Shown here: positions 63,427 through 64,000 of the stretch, piece after piece
How positions within the stretch are numbered: the first letter of the stretch is position 1
Layout of the letters: the number at the start of each line of letters is the position of its first letter
DNA from: Mobula hypostoma
Taxonomy: Eukaryota
Reading direction: 5' to 3'
Assembly: GCF_963921235.1 (NCBI RefSeq)
Contig: NC_086108.1
Coordinates: 107,262,001 to 107,326,000 of the forward strand
Length of the DNA: 64,000 nucleotides
Translations under genes and position numbers: made by a program
Notes under the pieces: model-generated
The model's database searches: none
The model's input: only the letters and a program-made list of their open reading frames with translations
What the model was told of the DNA's origin: nothing

Positions 63427-64000
63427 CACACACACACACACTCACACACACACACTCACACTCACACACACACACACACTCACACTCACACACTCACACT
63501 CACACACACGCACGCACGCACTCACACACACACTCACACTCACACACACACACGCACTCACACACTCACACACACACACTCACTCACATACACACACACA
63601 CACACTCACTCACATACACACACACACACACACACTCACACACATACTCACACTCACACACTCACACACACTCACACACACACACACTCACACTCACACA
63701 CACACTCACACACACACACACTCACACTCACACTCACACACTCACACACGCACACACACACACTCACACTCACACACACACATACACTCACACACACACA
63801 CGCACTCACACACTCACACACACACACTCACTCACATACACACACACACACACACACTCACACACACACGCACTCACACACTCACACACACACGCTCACT
63901 CACATACACACACACTCACACACACACACACACTCACACACACACACACTCACTCACATACACACACACACTCACACACACACACACTCACACACACACA
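63352..64000. repeat. Long compound (CA)n/(CACT)n microsatellite, running off the window end
   Basis: Direct observation, about 650 bp. Confidence 0.97.

Noticed and set aside
63352..64000. Telomeric repeat
   Set aside because: It consists of CA/CACT units, not TTAGGG.

Overview
Eukaryotic, repeat-saturated intronic or intergenic DNA. The repeat families (CR1 LINEs, V-SINE/HE1-like SINEs, a Deu-domain SINE, Penelope termini) point to a cartilaginous fish, probably a shark or ray; this is inference. No intact host gene, rRNA, true tRNA or CRISPR array is visible. Retroelements make up most of the window: a 5'-truncated HERO-clade RLE retrotransposon (about 0.5-3.1 kb), a near-complete CR1 ORF2 (42.2-45.2 kb), Rex1-like LINEs, RTE-derived SINEs, and about 18 Penelope terminal modules. 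The reconstructed consensus of those modules is a minimal hammerhead ribozyme, and many copies form long palindromes. DNA transposon relics from several groups are also present: Chapaev3, Tc1, Tigger/pogo, hAT-Tip100-like, hAT-Charlie and PIF/Harbinger. Several have readable TIRs or TSDs, and some are deeply nested. Short unique islands contain candidate micro-exons, a phase-compatible minus-strand chain and a plus-strand pair, which I cannot assign to a gene. Most boundaries are approximate. Family names rest on motif recognition from memory, not on database searches.
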